This document shows positions 24,401-36,186 of a DNA stretch of 64,000 nucleotides, in pieces; position 1 is the stretch's first letter, and the number at the start of each line of letters is the position of its first letter. Source of the stretch: Flectonema sp. DT1601. Taxonomy: Eukaryota. Where the stretch lies: contig OZ025788.1 of NCBI GenBank assembly GCA_964019425.1, forward strand, positions 806,001-870,000, read 5' to 3'. A program made the translations under genes and the position numbers. The notes beneath the pieces were generated by a model, which was not told where the DNA came from, did no database searches, and saw nothing but the letters and a program-made list of their open reading frames with translations.

Positions 24401-26280
24401 CGAGACAAGATTAATTCAGAACTGAGATTACCAATATTATTCTCATAAGTCTGTGTCTGTGAATCTGTTGAGTCCTGAAGAGCTACTAGTTGATCAGTAA
24501 GACAGAGTAAGTCTTCCTTCACTGATGACAGTTCGGTTTCTAATTTCTCTCTCTCAGATACGACTTGGCGTTCGAGATGTCCTTGTCGTTGAGATGATGC
24601 TTTTTCAAGAATGATAATATTTCTTTTATTACTGATAGACACCCAACCCACTAAAGGATACACAATACGAGCACGACCAAACATTATGTCAGTAATGTAA
24701 ACAGTTGTTCCGAATGGAACTGGTTCTGAACCAACAATACGAGACTCTAGAGATGGTGTTGCTCGTACAGTAACACCTTCTGATCCAGTCACAATCCAAC
24801 CATCACCAAGAATAGGTTCAATACAGGCTGGTTTTGATAGCCTTATGTGTCCTTCAATAGCTACTGTTACCTTTGGTTTGGTTATGCAAGAAATGTCGAC
24901 GTGTTTTATTGGTGTTCTCGGAGGTAAGTAATGAGTCTTTAATCCAATACAAAGGTTAGCACCATTTTGATTAATAATCCAATCTCCTTCACTAGTTTGA
25001 GTGAAGTCATCTTTACAAGTTAAATAGCCGTCAGCTTCGTGAATAACTTGAACAGATTTTCTACTTTGAGCAGAAACTGATAAAACAGTACCTCTGTGTA
25101 CAACGCGTAGTTCAGAACCTTCCGTGCAAGGGAATGAGGGATAAATACTCACTGGTGTATCTGAGACCACAACCCACGGCTTCAAGTCTGATCGTTCAAC
25201 ATGAGCAGTTGCTGAAAGTAATCTTTCTTCAGCAGCTAGTGCTTTATCTCTTTCTAAAACATCATCAGTCAGACTACTAACAATGCTGTAGTGAATCTTA
25301 CCATTTGGAGACCCCGACGTCGATGACAACGGACTGTGGGGTGATGACGGCGCCTTACGAACATGACGACCTACTTGCCCAGTTGGGAGACTCTGCGACT
25401 TACGAAGTTTTGATAAAATAGTTTTTAAAAGAAGGTGTCCATCTGTAACTGATTTTTGTTGCAGCACTGCAATAGCCTGGCGATCACTTTCTTCACTTGA
25501 AATAATCCTATTTAACATGTGTCGGAACTTCATTCCGTGTACAATAACATTTCTTGGTTGAGGTGAACCTTCAGGATCACGTGGAGTAGGAGAAAGACCA
25601 TGGACTTCACGCAGTAATCTAATTTCCCTTTTATAAAAAGCGACTTCCTCGTGACGTTCTAATTCAGCTTCACGAAGAGCAGCACCTCGTAGGTCGAGTT
25701 TTCTTTGTAAATCTTTCATTTCTGCTTCCAATGAAAGTTTTTGTACTTCCGACTTAGCAGAGCTGGCTGCTGATATTATTGTGTCGACTTCAGTCTGTTG
25801 ACGTTTGTTTTCTTCTTGTAGTTCTTCAATCTTTGTCTGGTCAGAAGTTGGTGGAGCCGGTGGTGATGGTACTGCCGCTGGGCAGATTTGATTCATAAAA
25901 GCTTCCCATCTTTTGAATTCACTTTTTCTGTTGGTACTCAAATGTAATAATTCATTTCCCTTTTGTGTTTCTAATGAAATATCAATTGGGTACCACTTAC
26001 CTGATGTTGAGTTATTTACTGCACTTCTTGGAGTGTAGCAATTACACTGCTGACTCATGTGTGTACTGATTGGCTCACAACATATCGCTGCAACTCCCAT
26101 TGTAGCTTTAATTGAGGTATACCTACCTTCGAACACAGTAGTAACTCTTTTTACACCACCAAGTCCTGGTTGTGAGATTACTCTGACTCTTTTGGTAGCG
26201 TGATTAACATTAACCAATACTCTCTTCTTCTGTCCTCCCTTAGAACAATACCAAAGCTCTCCTCGAATCTCGGTCAGCAT
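21490..26280 (-). CDS. Large coiled-coil protein with N-terminal PH-like and SH3b-like domains
   Basis: N-terminal RGELW...STNRKSEFKRWEAFM (PH-like); GVTVRATPSLESRIVG...GRARIVYPLVGWVS (SH3b-like); about 900 aa of heptads. Confidence 0.8.
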   Translation of the reverse strand: MLTEIRGELWYCSKGGQKKRVLVNVNHATKRVRVISQPGLGGVKRVTTVFEGRYTSIKATMGVAAICCEPISTHMSQQCNCYTPRSAVNNSTSGKWYPIDISLETQKGNELLHLSTNRKSEFKRWEAFMNQICPAAVPSPPAPPTSDQTKIEELQEENKRQQTEVDTIISAASSAKSEVQKLSLEAEMKDLQRKLDLRGAALREAELERHEEVAFYKREIRLLREVHGLSPTPRDPEGSPQPRNVIVHGMKFRHMLNRIISSEESDRQAIAVLQQKSVTDGHLLLKTILSKLRKSQSLPTGQVGRHVRKAPSSPHSPLSSTSGSPNGKIHYSIVSSLTDDVLERDKALAAEERLLSATAHVERSDLKPWVVVSDTPVSIYPSFPCTEGSELRVVHRGTVLSVSAQSRKSVQVIHEADGYLTCKDDFTQTSEGDWIINQNGANLCIGLKTHYLPPRTPIKHVDISCITKPKVTVAIEGHIRLSKPACIEPILGDGWIVTGSEGVTVRATPSLESRIVGSEPVPFGTTVYITDIMFGRARIVYPLVGWVSISNKRNIIILEKASSQRQGHLERQVVSEREKLETELSSVKEDLLCLTDQLVALQDSTDSQTQTYENNIGNLSSELILSRQEVQAVETERNQRDKDIASLKRNLASQEEKCTAIQKQLESDVDTRRRAYAQLVDEKTEVECELQKSREKITSWEEASSESEDKILRLLSERDDLSKKLLQSDSNSASVAKSVDNLKEELLQSNEQYEILTAEKDLAQSNITSLQQEIQKNSLLRLESENGLRDNIKNLQQQLEEQSALHSTAVDSLSQSQSEQLYVENELRDNIKFLESDISDHKAAYKTSQGKLTDIQKELSQQEETIIKLRKKVSRTTTNSAEEVAELSAQLLELQQELDLKCVEKDECVASLTLDVTRLSGEYKIQTETHESEINSLSDKLSSLQADLESQETSLQETLSREQLLIVSHEEQLVKLQQLEDEKQDLNNLKSKMEVSLQQTVDKENKLIESHEEEISVLNTKVHLLEESNKELIKSHNEEQLKSSSLNETIITLKNNTTILEQQFSDSETVNNSLQLQIEELQTTSSTQSEQETCEFQISIGKVTGELEKKCMELETLKESLQQSRSDRDVSELECSRQADEISCLRETIHQSEVDSNRQVENMNKIRSDNESLQSNCHEQKLIITQLQKELLNSKAIVGTVEENNSLKETITNSKSEIIRNNVLIQSLEEKIRQSDLQRDQQRATIESLTLSNKLLNSGTSDFERQIAVLTAVNNERDTQLGELSNTRQALYTSQQQLLVKEHRIKTLEDNESFSKRSESNSPDRSVHVRQIARLEDKVAIQRKMILKLQQEIDEKEEELSRIYEEKKQIRRLLREEREENDSTGRKTTRLSKALQEMEDRERTLRSRLSKCEVDKSSATDLKQRLKESEAACRVKDQELRRLEEWNAQQVCERAKENEIMWKSEASNTSILGDIISNTTSANCNTIDEEFAIREQNDKLKAKLVEATAKYKNLKRETRSRSAVSSRASSASRSHLSSNLRNAASDIENRWTNTNLDENSFIGKEPDAKPPSSTEKKTYRRSSSLTSVASYVLFGL

Positions 26281-26673
26281 TTTCTTGTTTGGTTCCCCCG
26301 TCCCCTAATAATAAAATGATGAGTTTTTTTTTTTTTTTTAATTATTTTTTTTAATCGTGAAGAAAAAAAAACAAATGTTTTTTTCTTTTCTGGATTGAAG
26401 CGAGTAAGATTTTTAACACAAATAATGAAAAACAGGGATTTCTTTTTTCCTGCTGCTCTACATGACTGTTGTTGACTAACGAAGGACAAAACAAAACAAA
26501 ACAAAACAGAAACACGGAATGAAGAACACTCACTATAAGTGAGGTTCGTTAAGATTAAATATTTGATACGCACGAACGTTATGATTGATTATTTTAAATG
26601 ACTTTATTACATTATTGTACATCACTGATATAGCAAAACAATTGAGAATATTGGGGGCAAAACTCTAAAAAAA

Positions 26674-28424
26674 TTACGCGTGAGGGGGAGATATTGTACT
26701 CGCCATCCTACTAATATGTGGTGGAGGAGGAGAATCAACAATAGGAGAAGGAGATCTCGGAAGTGTACTAAACTTTCGATGACAATTCGATATTGAAGGT
26801 AATGATGTCAAAGACGTCTCAGGAAGAGCCGAGAACTGTCGATGCTGAGGAGCAAACGACGGCGCTGGATCAGCTGTCGGTATTAAATCATTACTACTAT
26901 TAAGTGAAGAACACGATCTCAAGTTTCTTTGCGAAACCTCAGCGCTAGAATGATGAATCAATCCAGAGCTACTCACAGCTTTACTTGAGGTGTGATTAGA
27001 AGTTGTAGTACAGCCTGGATCTGCAAATCTTAAGTATCTAAGTGGGAATATTAATAAATTAGAAAACCCGACTATAAAACTCAACACAACAATAGTTGTC
27101 CTCGAGCCATCATTTAATGAACTAACTAGATTAGATGATTGACCGCAAGATATCGCAACTCCAAATGCAATTCCAAAATACGCAATCGGAAAATAGATCG
27201 AAAACTGTTCCCTTCCAAATAGTTCCGTCACAGCTGTTGGAATAGTTGCGAAGTTCCCTGCGAAAGCGAAGGACATCATGCAAGTCCACAGTTGGAAGAA
27301 ACCTGCTATTTTGGTATATGAAAAAGAGAAATACAATGCACCTGTCAAGATACTAATACAACCCATCGTAAGATGGTATCCAACAGCATCAGCAACAACA
27401 CCCCAGACTAGCCTGCCAACGACTCCCGAAAGAGTCGCCCAAGTAGCTGCAGTTGTTACGGAGTCGTCTGATAAGTTGTTTATTCTCAATCCAATCTGAG
27501 AAGTGTTGTCAATTACTAAACTTCCGCATGCTGACATTGTGATCGTCATGACGGGTAATAATAATACGTACAACCTCTTTCTGAATATCGCTTGGTAGTA
27601 CTTGGCGGTGCGCGCTACCCCCTGAACGTCACCATCCACATCGTTAGTCTTTTCAGGAACTTCTAGTAAACCGTGTAGTCTAACTCTGAGCATTACTTCT
27701 TTAGGATCAGGGAGTATAAGGGTACCGAGTAAGGTACTTATGAAATATATTACTGCAAACACCCGAAACATATTTGGAATTTTCTTAAAAACATCATAAG
27801 CCACAACAGTTGCCGTCGTAGCAGGAAGTTCTGACAACCCCAGTAGCTGTCCAAAGACAAAATCTCCAAGAAGCTCTCCAGCTGCAAAGGTGCTGGTTGC
27901 AAATCCCATCATCACACCTATTTTATATTTATGAGTTATTAATAATGATTTTGTTATAAAACATTATAAAACATACCTAGAGTGTGAGGGAAACACTGAC
28001 TAATGTAAACGAGAGGAATCACGTATGCCCCACAAGCAACTCCCTGTAAAATACCATAAAAGAAAGTAACTCCAGTGAGAGTTGTCTGAACAGATGTAAT
28101 TGCGAGAGAGATACTTCCAATAGCGCAACCACAGCAGACAATCATTCTTGGGTATGAAACTTTCATAACGAGATGGGCAAATGCAAAGACAGAGAATGGG
28201 AAGACGACCCAGGCACATACAATCACAGGAGTAACATCTGGAGGATCAGTATGGTTCTTATGTCCAATATAATGAGCGAGAACTGATTTTAATCTACCGA
28301 AGCTCATTATCGTTCCCATCGGCATCATCAACAACGCGCAACTTAGAACAAATCGAAGTACTGGGATCGTCGGTCGCCCACCCCGACCGTCGACGACCAT
28401 GGCATTTGCCCTCGACGTGTTCAT
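26674..28424 (-). CDS. MFS transporter (oxalate:formate antiporter/MCT-like), 2 exons; intron 27918-27976
   Basis: Many hydrophobic helices; GRLVWGVVADAVG, GNFATIPTAVTELFG motifs; GT-AG intron joins two ORFs in frame. Confidence 0.85.
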
Positions 28425-29033
28425 ATTTTACCTCCTCCAACAACTTATATTGCTGGCTGGCTTACTGATAAAGAAAGGTATGAATTGGTAAACTGTTTTA
28501 ACTGGAGACGTGTTATTTCTATTCAAAATAAAATAGAATAGTGAGAATAAAATATAGGTTGTACAAGTTCAATGGTAGAGAAAAAGAAAAACAAAAGGCA
28601 ACTGTTTCCTAAATTATTTTCCACATAAGAACTGAACTAATGAAAGTGCGAAGCAAACTAACACGCCAGAGTCCAAACCTGGAAAGGAGGACTGCTTCGC
28701 AACACCGAGACTAATGTTTTACTTCAAGTACGTATCGAGCAACCAACGAAGAGATAGCTGCTGTTCCCTATATTAGATAAGTAAAGTAACGATAACTGTA
28801 GTGGATAGTTTGTTACATTCCATCAGCTTCCCTCCAGAGTCAGATGTTTAGTATTCTTCAATAAGTACAAAGTAGTGCAGCGTACCTGAAAAGGAATCCG
28901 TTTCTCTGTTTGTACTTAAGAAGACTACTCTCTTCTGTTGATGTTAACGTTTGTCAATTTGTCAGACAACTGAGTGACTTTTAAAGTTTTAAAAGCTTTC
29001 AAAATGTGACTTGTCTTTCAACTAAACAAACGA

Positions 29034-29702
29034 TTACTTTGCCAACCTTTCAATTGCAGCATTCTGTTGTTCCTTCGACAATGGTTTCTTGGGAGGTTCG
29101 AGACTGTAAACGTACTTGTCAACTAGTTTTTCAATATTTTCTTTTTGGGTATCCTGTTGTTGTTGTTGTTGTTGTTGTTTTATTTTGTTATATTAGATTC
29201 TAATGACTCTTGGCCTTTCAGAAATACAAACCTTTCTCGAAGAGTAGAATCTCTCATTCAGTTCCTTCACTCCCTCAGCATTAACGAGTTTCTTCTCTGG
29301 TTTCGCATTGTACTTTTCATGTAATTTCTTTGAAAGATCTTTTTGTTTATTAAGCCCTTGCTTAAAAAGCCTATCAACACTTTCTGTTAACTGATGCGTG
29401 TCAATGTACCGAATGCCTTCTCTTGAAGTAAATGCAGCTACCTTTTGCTCTTCTTTCCTTTTTCTCTTACTAAGCTCTTGTGAATAAAGCCTGTCGGTAC
29501 TGCTTTGAATTACTTCCTTCTTTAATACTTTTCGTGGTGTCAAAGGTTCCAACATAATCTGCCTCTCTTTTCGGTGAGAGAGACGTTGCAGGAATTTGTC
29601 TACCTCGTCTGGTGACATTTTTTTCTTCTTTGGGCTTTCAAGGGCTGGGAGACCCTTTGGTGGAGTTGGGAAACTAGTGTAGCATTGGCCATTGTACATC
29701 AT
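29034..29702 (-). CDS. Hypothetical basic protein with repeated (D/E)RL(Y/F) helices, 2 exons; intron 29154-29231
   Basis: Spliced C-terminus DTQKENIEKLVDKYV...AAIERLAK*. Confidence 0.75.
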
Positions 29703-30092
29703 TTTTTTAAGATATTTGACCTATTGAGAGAAATTACATCATTTTATCTATAATTGAAATAAAAATAAGGAACAAAGCTCCATTCCCGACAATTTTTTCA
29801 AAAAGTGCCAATTGTACCGACCTTAAAATTTATATCGTCCAACTTGGTACAGGCTATTGAAAACCTCAGTGGCACGATCTGATCTGTTCAATCCCACCGT
29901 GGGTAGAAGTACCATCCAAAATGTTTTGTTCTGCTTTTAATGTCAGAATTTAGAATCTATTTGAGAGGAAAATAGAACATAAAAACAACAATTCAGTAGT
30001 AACACTTAAACAAAAATGTCTCCCTTTCAATGCGGTCGATGTCTGATTACAAATTGATACTAAAACTTTAACAAAACAACGAAGGTAGTTGT

Positions 30093-30559
30093 TTAGTAAA
30101 AGAATCCGAGAACCTTTCCTCCGGTACGCTTACGACGGGCTTCCTCGTGATCCTGTTGGTTGTGTGAAATGAACAAGAGCGCATGGGATGAGATGGAAAA
30201 AATGCTAAAAAAGTAAATGACCATACCATAATTCCAAGTGAAGTAGTCATCACAACAAAACCAAACTGACGAGATGGCAACAAGTAAGTTGTAAACTCAT
30301 CAATGTCAGGTAACGCCATGTTATAACGTGGGGATACGATACCACACTTGTTGAGTCTTCCATTGAGTTCAACAACAATCTTTCCACCTCTGTGATCATC
30401 TACAATCTCAAACTCATTAATGTATCCATGCTTCTGCATACAAGTTAAAAACTTTACCAACACTTTTGATGAAGGGTGCAATACAACTTGTCTTTTACCT
30501 TTTCTACTGGCGTTAGCCATCGTCTTCAAGGCATCAGCGAGGGTAGACATTCTAGTCAT
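30093..30559 (-). CDS. RPS15A: 40S ribosomal protein uS8 (S15a), 2 exons; intron 30153-30226
   Basis: [14 protein letters not shown]...[31 protein letters not shown]...LLPSRQFG...[22 protein letters not shown]. Confidence 0.97.
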
Positions 30560-31035
30560 TGTTACGGTTTTGTTTGAAATATATCTTGCGAAGGGGAGGT
30601 ATAAAAAAAATAATTGAGAAACAGAACTCAGTCGAAAGCACCTCAACTTGCCAACCGGTGCCATGACATTCAAGTTGTCTGGGCGAGAAGGCGAGGTGAA
30701 AAAGTATACAGAGCGGGCGGCGCTGTTGTTCTCTCTCAATCAATCATAATGTTATATTAGTAATCTGAACAAAGGAAATAGAAATCAAACTCAAGAACAC
30801 AAATACCACAACAACTGATGCCTTGGAATAAGAGAAACCAGTATCGGAGCTGACTTCTTTCAATCTTTCCAAATTGTTGTATCAAGAATAAGGCTAGAGT
30901 CATTGATAGGTGATAAACGTAACACAAAGCAGTAATGGATGAATTCAAAAGGGAAGGTAAGGTGGGGGAGGTACAGGTACCGACTTACTTTGTAGGCGTG
31001 GTCAACATAACCGATGTGCACAACTAATATCTTTT

Positions 31036-32393
31036 CTATGGTTTAAATAAACGAAGAGTCGTGTCATCACTTCCAGATACGACCCATCCATCTTCCTGTG
31101 CTGACATACACAGGACTACATCACCGTGACCAGTCCACGTCTGTTGTTTATTATTATTATTATTTTTATCATTATTATTAAAAGAACGGTACACAATAAG
31201 GCCTCAAAAGCAACAATACAAACCATTTGCGCTCCAGCAGAAAGCTGTCTTCCATCGTAACGACGGACTTCGCCACCAGCATCCGCAGAGTAGAGATGCT
31301 CACTGGCCCACTGAAGTTGAATGAAACCAGCCTCCTGTCTAATTGAATCACGAAGAGAGTTGTTCTCAGCATTCCACACAACGAGAGTACCCTCTGATGA
31401 TGCAGTTGAGAAGTAAGGCATGATTGGACATGACTGAATAGATTCTACAGCCTGTTTATGAGCCTGAGGAAGTATTGTCAGAAGTTTCTTTGTAGCGATA
31501 CTAAACAAACATAAATCACCAGTAGCGTATCCTCCGATAACTGTATCATTATTACGAGGATGAGGAGCTACAGCAGTTACTTCACAAGGAGGTACTTCAT
31601 GCATTCCCTTACCAGTGTTGGAGTAGTGTGCTAATTGCTCTCCTGTCTTTGGAGCAAATACACGAATTGTTTGATCATCTGAACCAGTCGCTAGTAACTT
31701 GTCGTCAGACACGAGAGCACCGCAAGTAACTTCAGCAGCGTGTCCTGGGAATAGTTGTAAACACTTTCCCTTCTCACTCCACATTCCTGATTGACTGTCT
31801 GCTCCTCCGGCAAATAGAACTTTTCCCTTTGGATGCCAGAATAAGTAAGTAATAGAGTCACCGAGATCTTCAATTTCAGCGACCTTCTTTCCGTTGTCTT
31901 CCCAGAGGATAATTTTAGCATCCATTCCTGCAGTCGCTAACATGGATCCGTCTGGTGAGAACGCTACTGCGATGACGGTATCAGTGTGACCTTCAAGGTG
32001 GTGAGTTGGCTTTACTTCAGTTGCGGATTTCGCAGCGAACTCATCCGGGTTTATGTTCCAAAGGTAAACTTGATCATCTTCTCCACCAGATGCTACGATT
32101 GGCATCTTTGGATTAATAGACACACAGTGAACTGGTTGCTTATGTCCAACTAATACGGCTGCCGCCATTTCGATAACTTCCTCTTCTTCAGCTTCTTCCA
32201 TTGCGTGGTCTTTTGGCAATTCTGATTCGTCGGCCTCTCCGTCACTGTCATCTTCTACTGGAGGTTCATTGTTGTCGTCTACGACTGTGAGCATACCCTC
32301 GTCCTCAAATTCTTTGAGTCTCTCCATATCAATTACCTCCTCCATGTCACTGGCTTCAGACTGAGCATCCATGTTAACGTCATGTTCAGACAT
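31036..32393 (-). CDS. WD40 protein, AAMP/Sqt1-like ribosome assembly chaperone, 2 exons; intron 31141-31223
   Basis: Acidic N-terminus, WD repeats (SGGEDD.VYLW, GHTDTV..V.FS.DG..LATAGMD, WHPKG); spliced final repeat TWTGHGDVV...SGSDDTTLRLF. Confidence 0.82.
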
Positions 32394-32780
32394 GTTTAAT
32401 GATTTGCTGAATTTGATGATATTATTTATTGTATTTTGTAATGAATGGGATTCTGTGATAGATAACAATCACACCTCATATGATATTCATTCCTGTTTAA
32501 AGAAGATAGCATCACACGGGATCGAACTGGATAGATTACTTGCTGAAATAGTATTGGTTTTTTACGAGGGAAAATCTTACCCCTGATAATTATAAAATAA
32601 TAAAAACCTCAACTAATGTAAACCCGCTCAGGTAGGTCGATTGCGGTACTGATAAGGCACCTCGACACACTGGCTTATTGTCTTTTTTTTTTAAAGCACA
32701 AGACGGTTTTTTTGGAAACAAACAGTATTATATACTATGTGTCACCACAACTATGGTCTGCAGTCCAATATACAAAGTGA

Positions 32781-33521
32781 CTACATCTGAGCGTTCTCAC
32801 CAGGAGCGAGTATGTTTAAATCGGACTCATCAAGAATCCTTGCGGCTTCTATTCCAATCATATGAGAAATCTTATCGTCTTCACGTTGCTTCTTTTTAAG
32901 GCTTGACATGACTGCGAAGTATGTTGACGGAGCGGAATCTTTTGATATGGTAGAGTACTCATCACCATCTTCTTTTAGAGTGTCTTCGAGGAGCTTACGT
33001 TCAAGAGTTGACCCTGGTACTGGAACGACACCAAAAAGAGTTAAAATACCATCCTCATCTATTCTCTTCCAAACTGATAATTGTTCTTCGTATGTCTGTC
33101 TATAAGAAATACCTCTAAAATCATTAAACCAATGAGATAAGTTTTCAACTGATTCCATGTTACGACTTCCGAGAAGTAAGATTGCCCAAATAGGGATTAA
33201 AAGGTACATAATAATTTTACCAATTTCGATCGGGGAATACGCGCCCTCAGCTCTTAACCATTTCGGGAGAGTTCTGTAGTACACTGGTTCTAACGGATTT
33301 TCATTTTCTGTAACCACTCCCGATCTCATTTTAAATGCGTGTGATCTTCTCATTGTCGCAGCTGGTCCTGCTGATTGTCTTCTTTTTTCATTAAATTCTC
33401 TACTCAATCTTTCCTTCGATGATTCATCTTCTAAAAAGTATTCTTTCCATCTTTGAAAAGTTGATTTCTTGTAGATTCTAAACCCGAGGGATGACCTTAC
33501 ACCGTTAATCACTCTTTGCAT
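32781..33521 (-). CDS. Hypothetical single-pass membrane protein, possibly mitochondrial
   Basis: 246-aa ORF, R/S-rich N-terminus, one hydrophobic helix IIMYLLIPIWAILLLG. Confidence 0.7.
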   Translation of the reverse strand: MQRVINGVRSSLGFRIYKKSTFQRWKEYFLEDESSKERLSREFNEKRRQSAGPAATMRRSHAFKMRSGVVTENENPLEPVYYRTLPKWLRAEGAYSPIEIGKIIMYLLIPIWAILLLGSRNMESVENLSHWFNDFRGISYRQTYEEQLSVWKRIDEDGILTLFGVVPVPGSTLERKLLEDTLKEDGDEYSTISKDSAPSTYFAVMSSLKKKQREDDKISHMIGIEAARILDESDLNILAPGENAQM

Positions 33522-33612
33522 AATTAATTAATTGATCTGATTTAAGAGAATGGGACGGTTATTGGAAGTTGTATTGGTGTTTAAATCAAACAAAGAAGTA
33601 TCTAAAAAAGGG

Positions 33613-34143
33613 TTAGTATTCATTTCGGTATTGCCGTTGGACTCTGGCAGGTGAGATATCACCCTTGGTTAGATAACGTGAGGTTTCATCTCGGGTAGCA
33701 GTTCGGTGATCATCAATGCTAAGACTCAGTTTATAATTATCATTTAGCTGTTCGTCCATTTGTATCGACTGTGGTGACATCGGAGATGCTGATCCAAGTC
33801 TTTGACTGTAATGCGAAGCAGCAGATGGTGAAAATTGATTTTGAACTATTTCATTTACACCAGTCGGATGATCACCATCTCTACTACTTCCATACAAGTG
33901 ACAATGACGTGTCAACTGACTGCTACTCACAACTTCATTCCATCTTCCTCCTGTTTCAATGTAAAATTTCTTTATCTTTACTGTTGTTATTCCCCACTCA
34001 CCTGCTTTCTTATTACATTCTATCTGAAATACTTCAGCAGTAGCAGCCGCTAACTCTCCCAAATGCGGCTTCTCTTTTAAAACTATGTTAGCACTGCTTG
34101 TTCCCCATGGACAGGTGTGCGTTACTCTACATGTAAAAGACAT
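33613..34143 (-). CDS. Protein with BILBO1 N-terminal (ubiquitin-like) domain
   Basis: MSFTCRV...KPHLGELAAATAEVF..E...IKKFY....RWNEVVSSSQLTRHCHLY resembles trypanosome BILBO1 NTD (RPSISELTRSAETAF...KWVDLIREDQLTDYCQLY). Confidence 0.6.
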   Translation of the reverse strand: MSFTCRVTHTCPWGTSSANIVLKEKPHLGELAAATAEVFQIECNKKAGEWGITTVKIKKFYIETGGRWNEVVSSSQLTRHCHLYGSSRDGDHPTGVNEIVQNQFSPSAASHYSQRLGSASPMSPQSIQMDEQLNDNYKLSLSIDDHRTATRDETSRYLTKGDISPARVQRQYRNEY

Positions 34144-34598
34144 GTTTTTCTCTGAAGAAAGACACAAAGTTATTTATTAGATCACTTAAATCATAATCAT
34201 ACTTTATAGTGTGGTTTAACTGTTTAAATAAGAAAGTAAAACTGTTTAGGGAATACTTCATTACTTCTGCCTGACTCGACTACAATCGATACCACGACAA
34301 CCATGCGACAAGAAAACACTTCCTCTTCACCCGAACTATTTCGGGAGTCCTGCTGATGAACTACACCAGATGTGTGTGTTTGTCCGCAGTGAGTACTGAC
34401 AAGAATTTATTCTTTATAAAAACACCAACTGATGTTGCTTTATTTTATACATACTCCTCATATTCCGTACCTTCTCTATCTCTTGCTGTAATGGAACAAT
34501 TACTAGAATGTCCTTTCGCTAAGTTGATTAATTACCCTGCAAGACAACATGGTTAGAATCTGATGATTTTTGTTTGTCTGAAAAGGGTAAGGTGACTA

Positions 34599-35849
34599 CT
34601 AAATGTTCATTTCATCATCGTCGTCTTCTGGAACCTCAGCATCAGGTGCCCAAAGACGAACTTTACGACCGTCGTCACCTGTTGCGATGAAAGGAGATGT
34701 AGGAGATGGCATCATTGCTCTAATCTGACAACCTGTTGTATGTGGGAAGTCAACAGTGTCAAGAGTGTTTCTATCAATTAATGTCAACTTATCACCTTGA
34801 TGACCAACAAATGCAATACACTCTTCATGTGCTGTAAAGCGTGCGAGAATCTTACTTTGGACTTGTTTTGCTCGTCCAAAAGTAAAGAGACATTTAAAGG
34901 TACGAGTATCAAATAAACGAACCATTGAATCTTTACCAGCAGTAAGTAATTGAAAACCAGTCTTACTGTATTGTACACTTGTAACTTCTGCACCACTGTG
35001 ACAATGTTGTATGGGTGTCACTACCCAATTAGCAGATGACGGGTCCCAAACTTTTAAAGTACCGTCACTGCTACCGGATGCGAACGTTCTCGAGTCAGGG
35101 GAGAAGTCAACGCAGTTTATCATTCCGGCATTCGGGTTTACGATATCACAGAGATCGTCTGGTCCTCTAAATACTTTTTCATTCTCAATATCCCAAACTC
35201 TAACTACTGGATGTTCAGTACCAGATATAAGATGCTGACCCATTGGATGAATTGATAGTGCTCTGATTGCGTACTCATCTTGAAGGGTGTTTGTCGCCAT
35301 CCGTAAACGAGGACGAGCGTAGTGAAAAGTTCTGATACCTCCATCTCTACATCCAACATGAATAACTGGTTGTGTTGGATGGAATTGACAATCCTCAACA
35401 CTCTGAGGTGATTTAAACACTCTAGCAATTGCTGAGGTACTCGCAAACTTTACCTCACCTTTTGATGACATCATTTTAGAAGCCAAGTAGAGGTTTAATG
35501 AACCTCCAGCATCTCCAGCTACGACATACTTTCCGTCGGGTGAAAAACGAACGGATCGAACTTCTCTACTCTGTTGGGCAATGTGTCTTGTTAAGAGTTG
35601 TTCACCAGGTCTAAAATAAGAATATACAGTGTTCCAGTCTTCTAAATTATTAGCTGCTCCTGCCTGCTCGTCTGCCTGCTCTGAATATGACGCTGTTTGT
35701 ACTAATTTCGATAATTTATCTCCGTCAACGTTAGTGACAGGAACAGATGACATAGTTCCTTGTGCTACAGCATACGCAGAATCTTGAAACCCATCATAGA
35801 GTAGCTGCTTTACCATCAGCTTGTATAATGCTCCTCTGTCATCACTCAT
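34599..35849 (-). CDS. CSTF1: Cleavage stimulation factor 50-kDa subunit (WD40)
   Basis: N-terminal LYKLMVKQLLYDGF dimerisation motif; IHPMGQHLISGTEHPVVRVWD, HSGAEVTSV.YSKTG..LLTAGKDS..RL; start MSDDRG at 35849. Confidence 0.85.
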   Translation of the reverse strand: MSDDRGALYKLMVKQLLYDGFQDSAYAVAQGTMSSVPVTNVDGDKLSKLVQTASYSEQADEQAGAANNLEDWNTVYSYFRPGEQLLTRHIAQQSREVRSVRFSPDGKYVVAGDAGGSLNLYLASKMMSSKGEVKFASTSAIARVFKSPQSVEDCQFHPTQPVIHVGCRDGGIRTFHYARPRLRMATNTLQDEYAIRALSIHPMGQHLISGTEHPVVRVWDIENEKVFRGPDDLCDIVNPNAGMINCVDFSPDSRTFASGSSDGTLKVWDPSSANWVVTPIQHCHSGAEVTSVQYSKTGFQLLTAGKDSMVRLFDTRTFKCLFTFGRAKQVQSKILARFTAHEECIAFVGHQGDKLTLIDRNTLDTVDFPHTTGCQIRAMMPSPTSPFIATGDDGRKVRLWAPDAEVPEDDDDEMNI

Positions 35850-36186
35850 ATTTGCTTCCCTCTGATTGAACCTGATGAATATGTTTGTTAAATTATGTAA
35901 GACATTAGATTGTTCTGTTGTTTCCTGCGAATACGTTTTCCATCGTCTTTGTGTTACTCTTGTGTTAGTAAAAGTATCGATTACAACAATATAAAACAGT
36001 AACAGGCAATGCTTCTTTTTTTTTTTTTTCCTTCCAACTACCAATCGTTGGCTAAAAGTCGATCGCACTAAATTTCCAAAGGGTAACTTTCCCACGGTAC
36101 GGTGGGATAAAACTATTATTGTACACAGAGCTATGCTCACATGTGATTATCGTATTCTCACTTTCTTATCAATTTTCTTTTTTTTT

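Noticed and set aside
30560..30739. N-terminal extensions in the ORF track (RPS15A; likewise CSTF1, the WD40 gene and MPK10)
   Set aside because: Homology starts at downstream ATGs; extensions run through UTR and acceptor sequence
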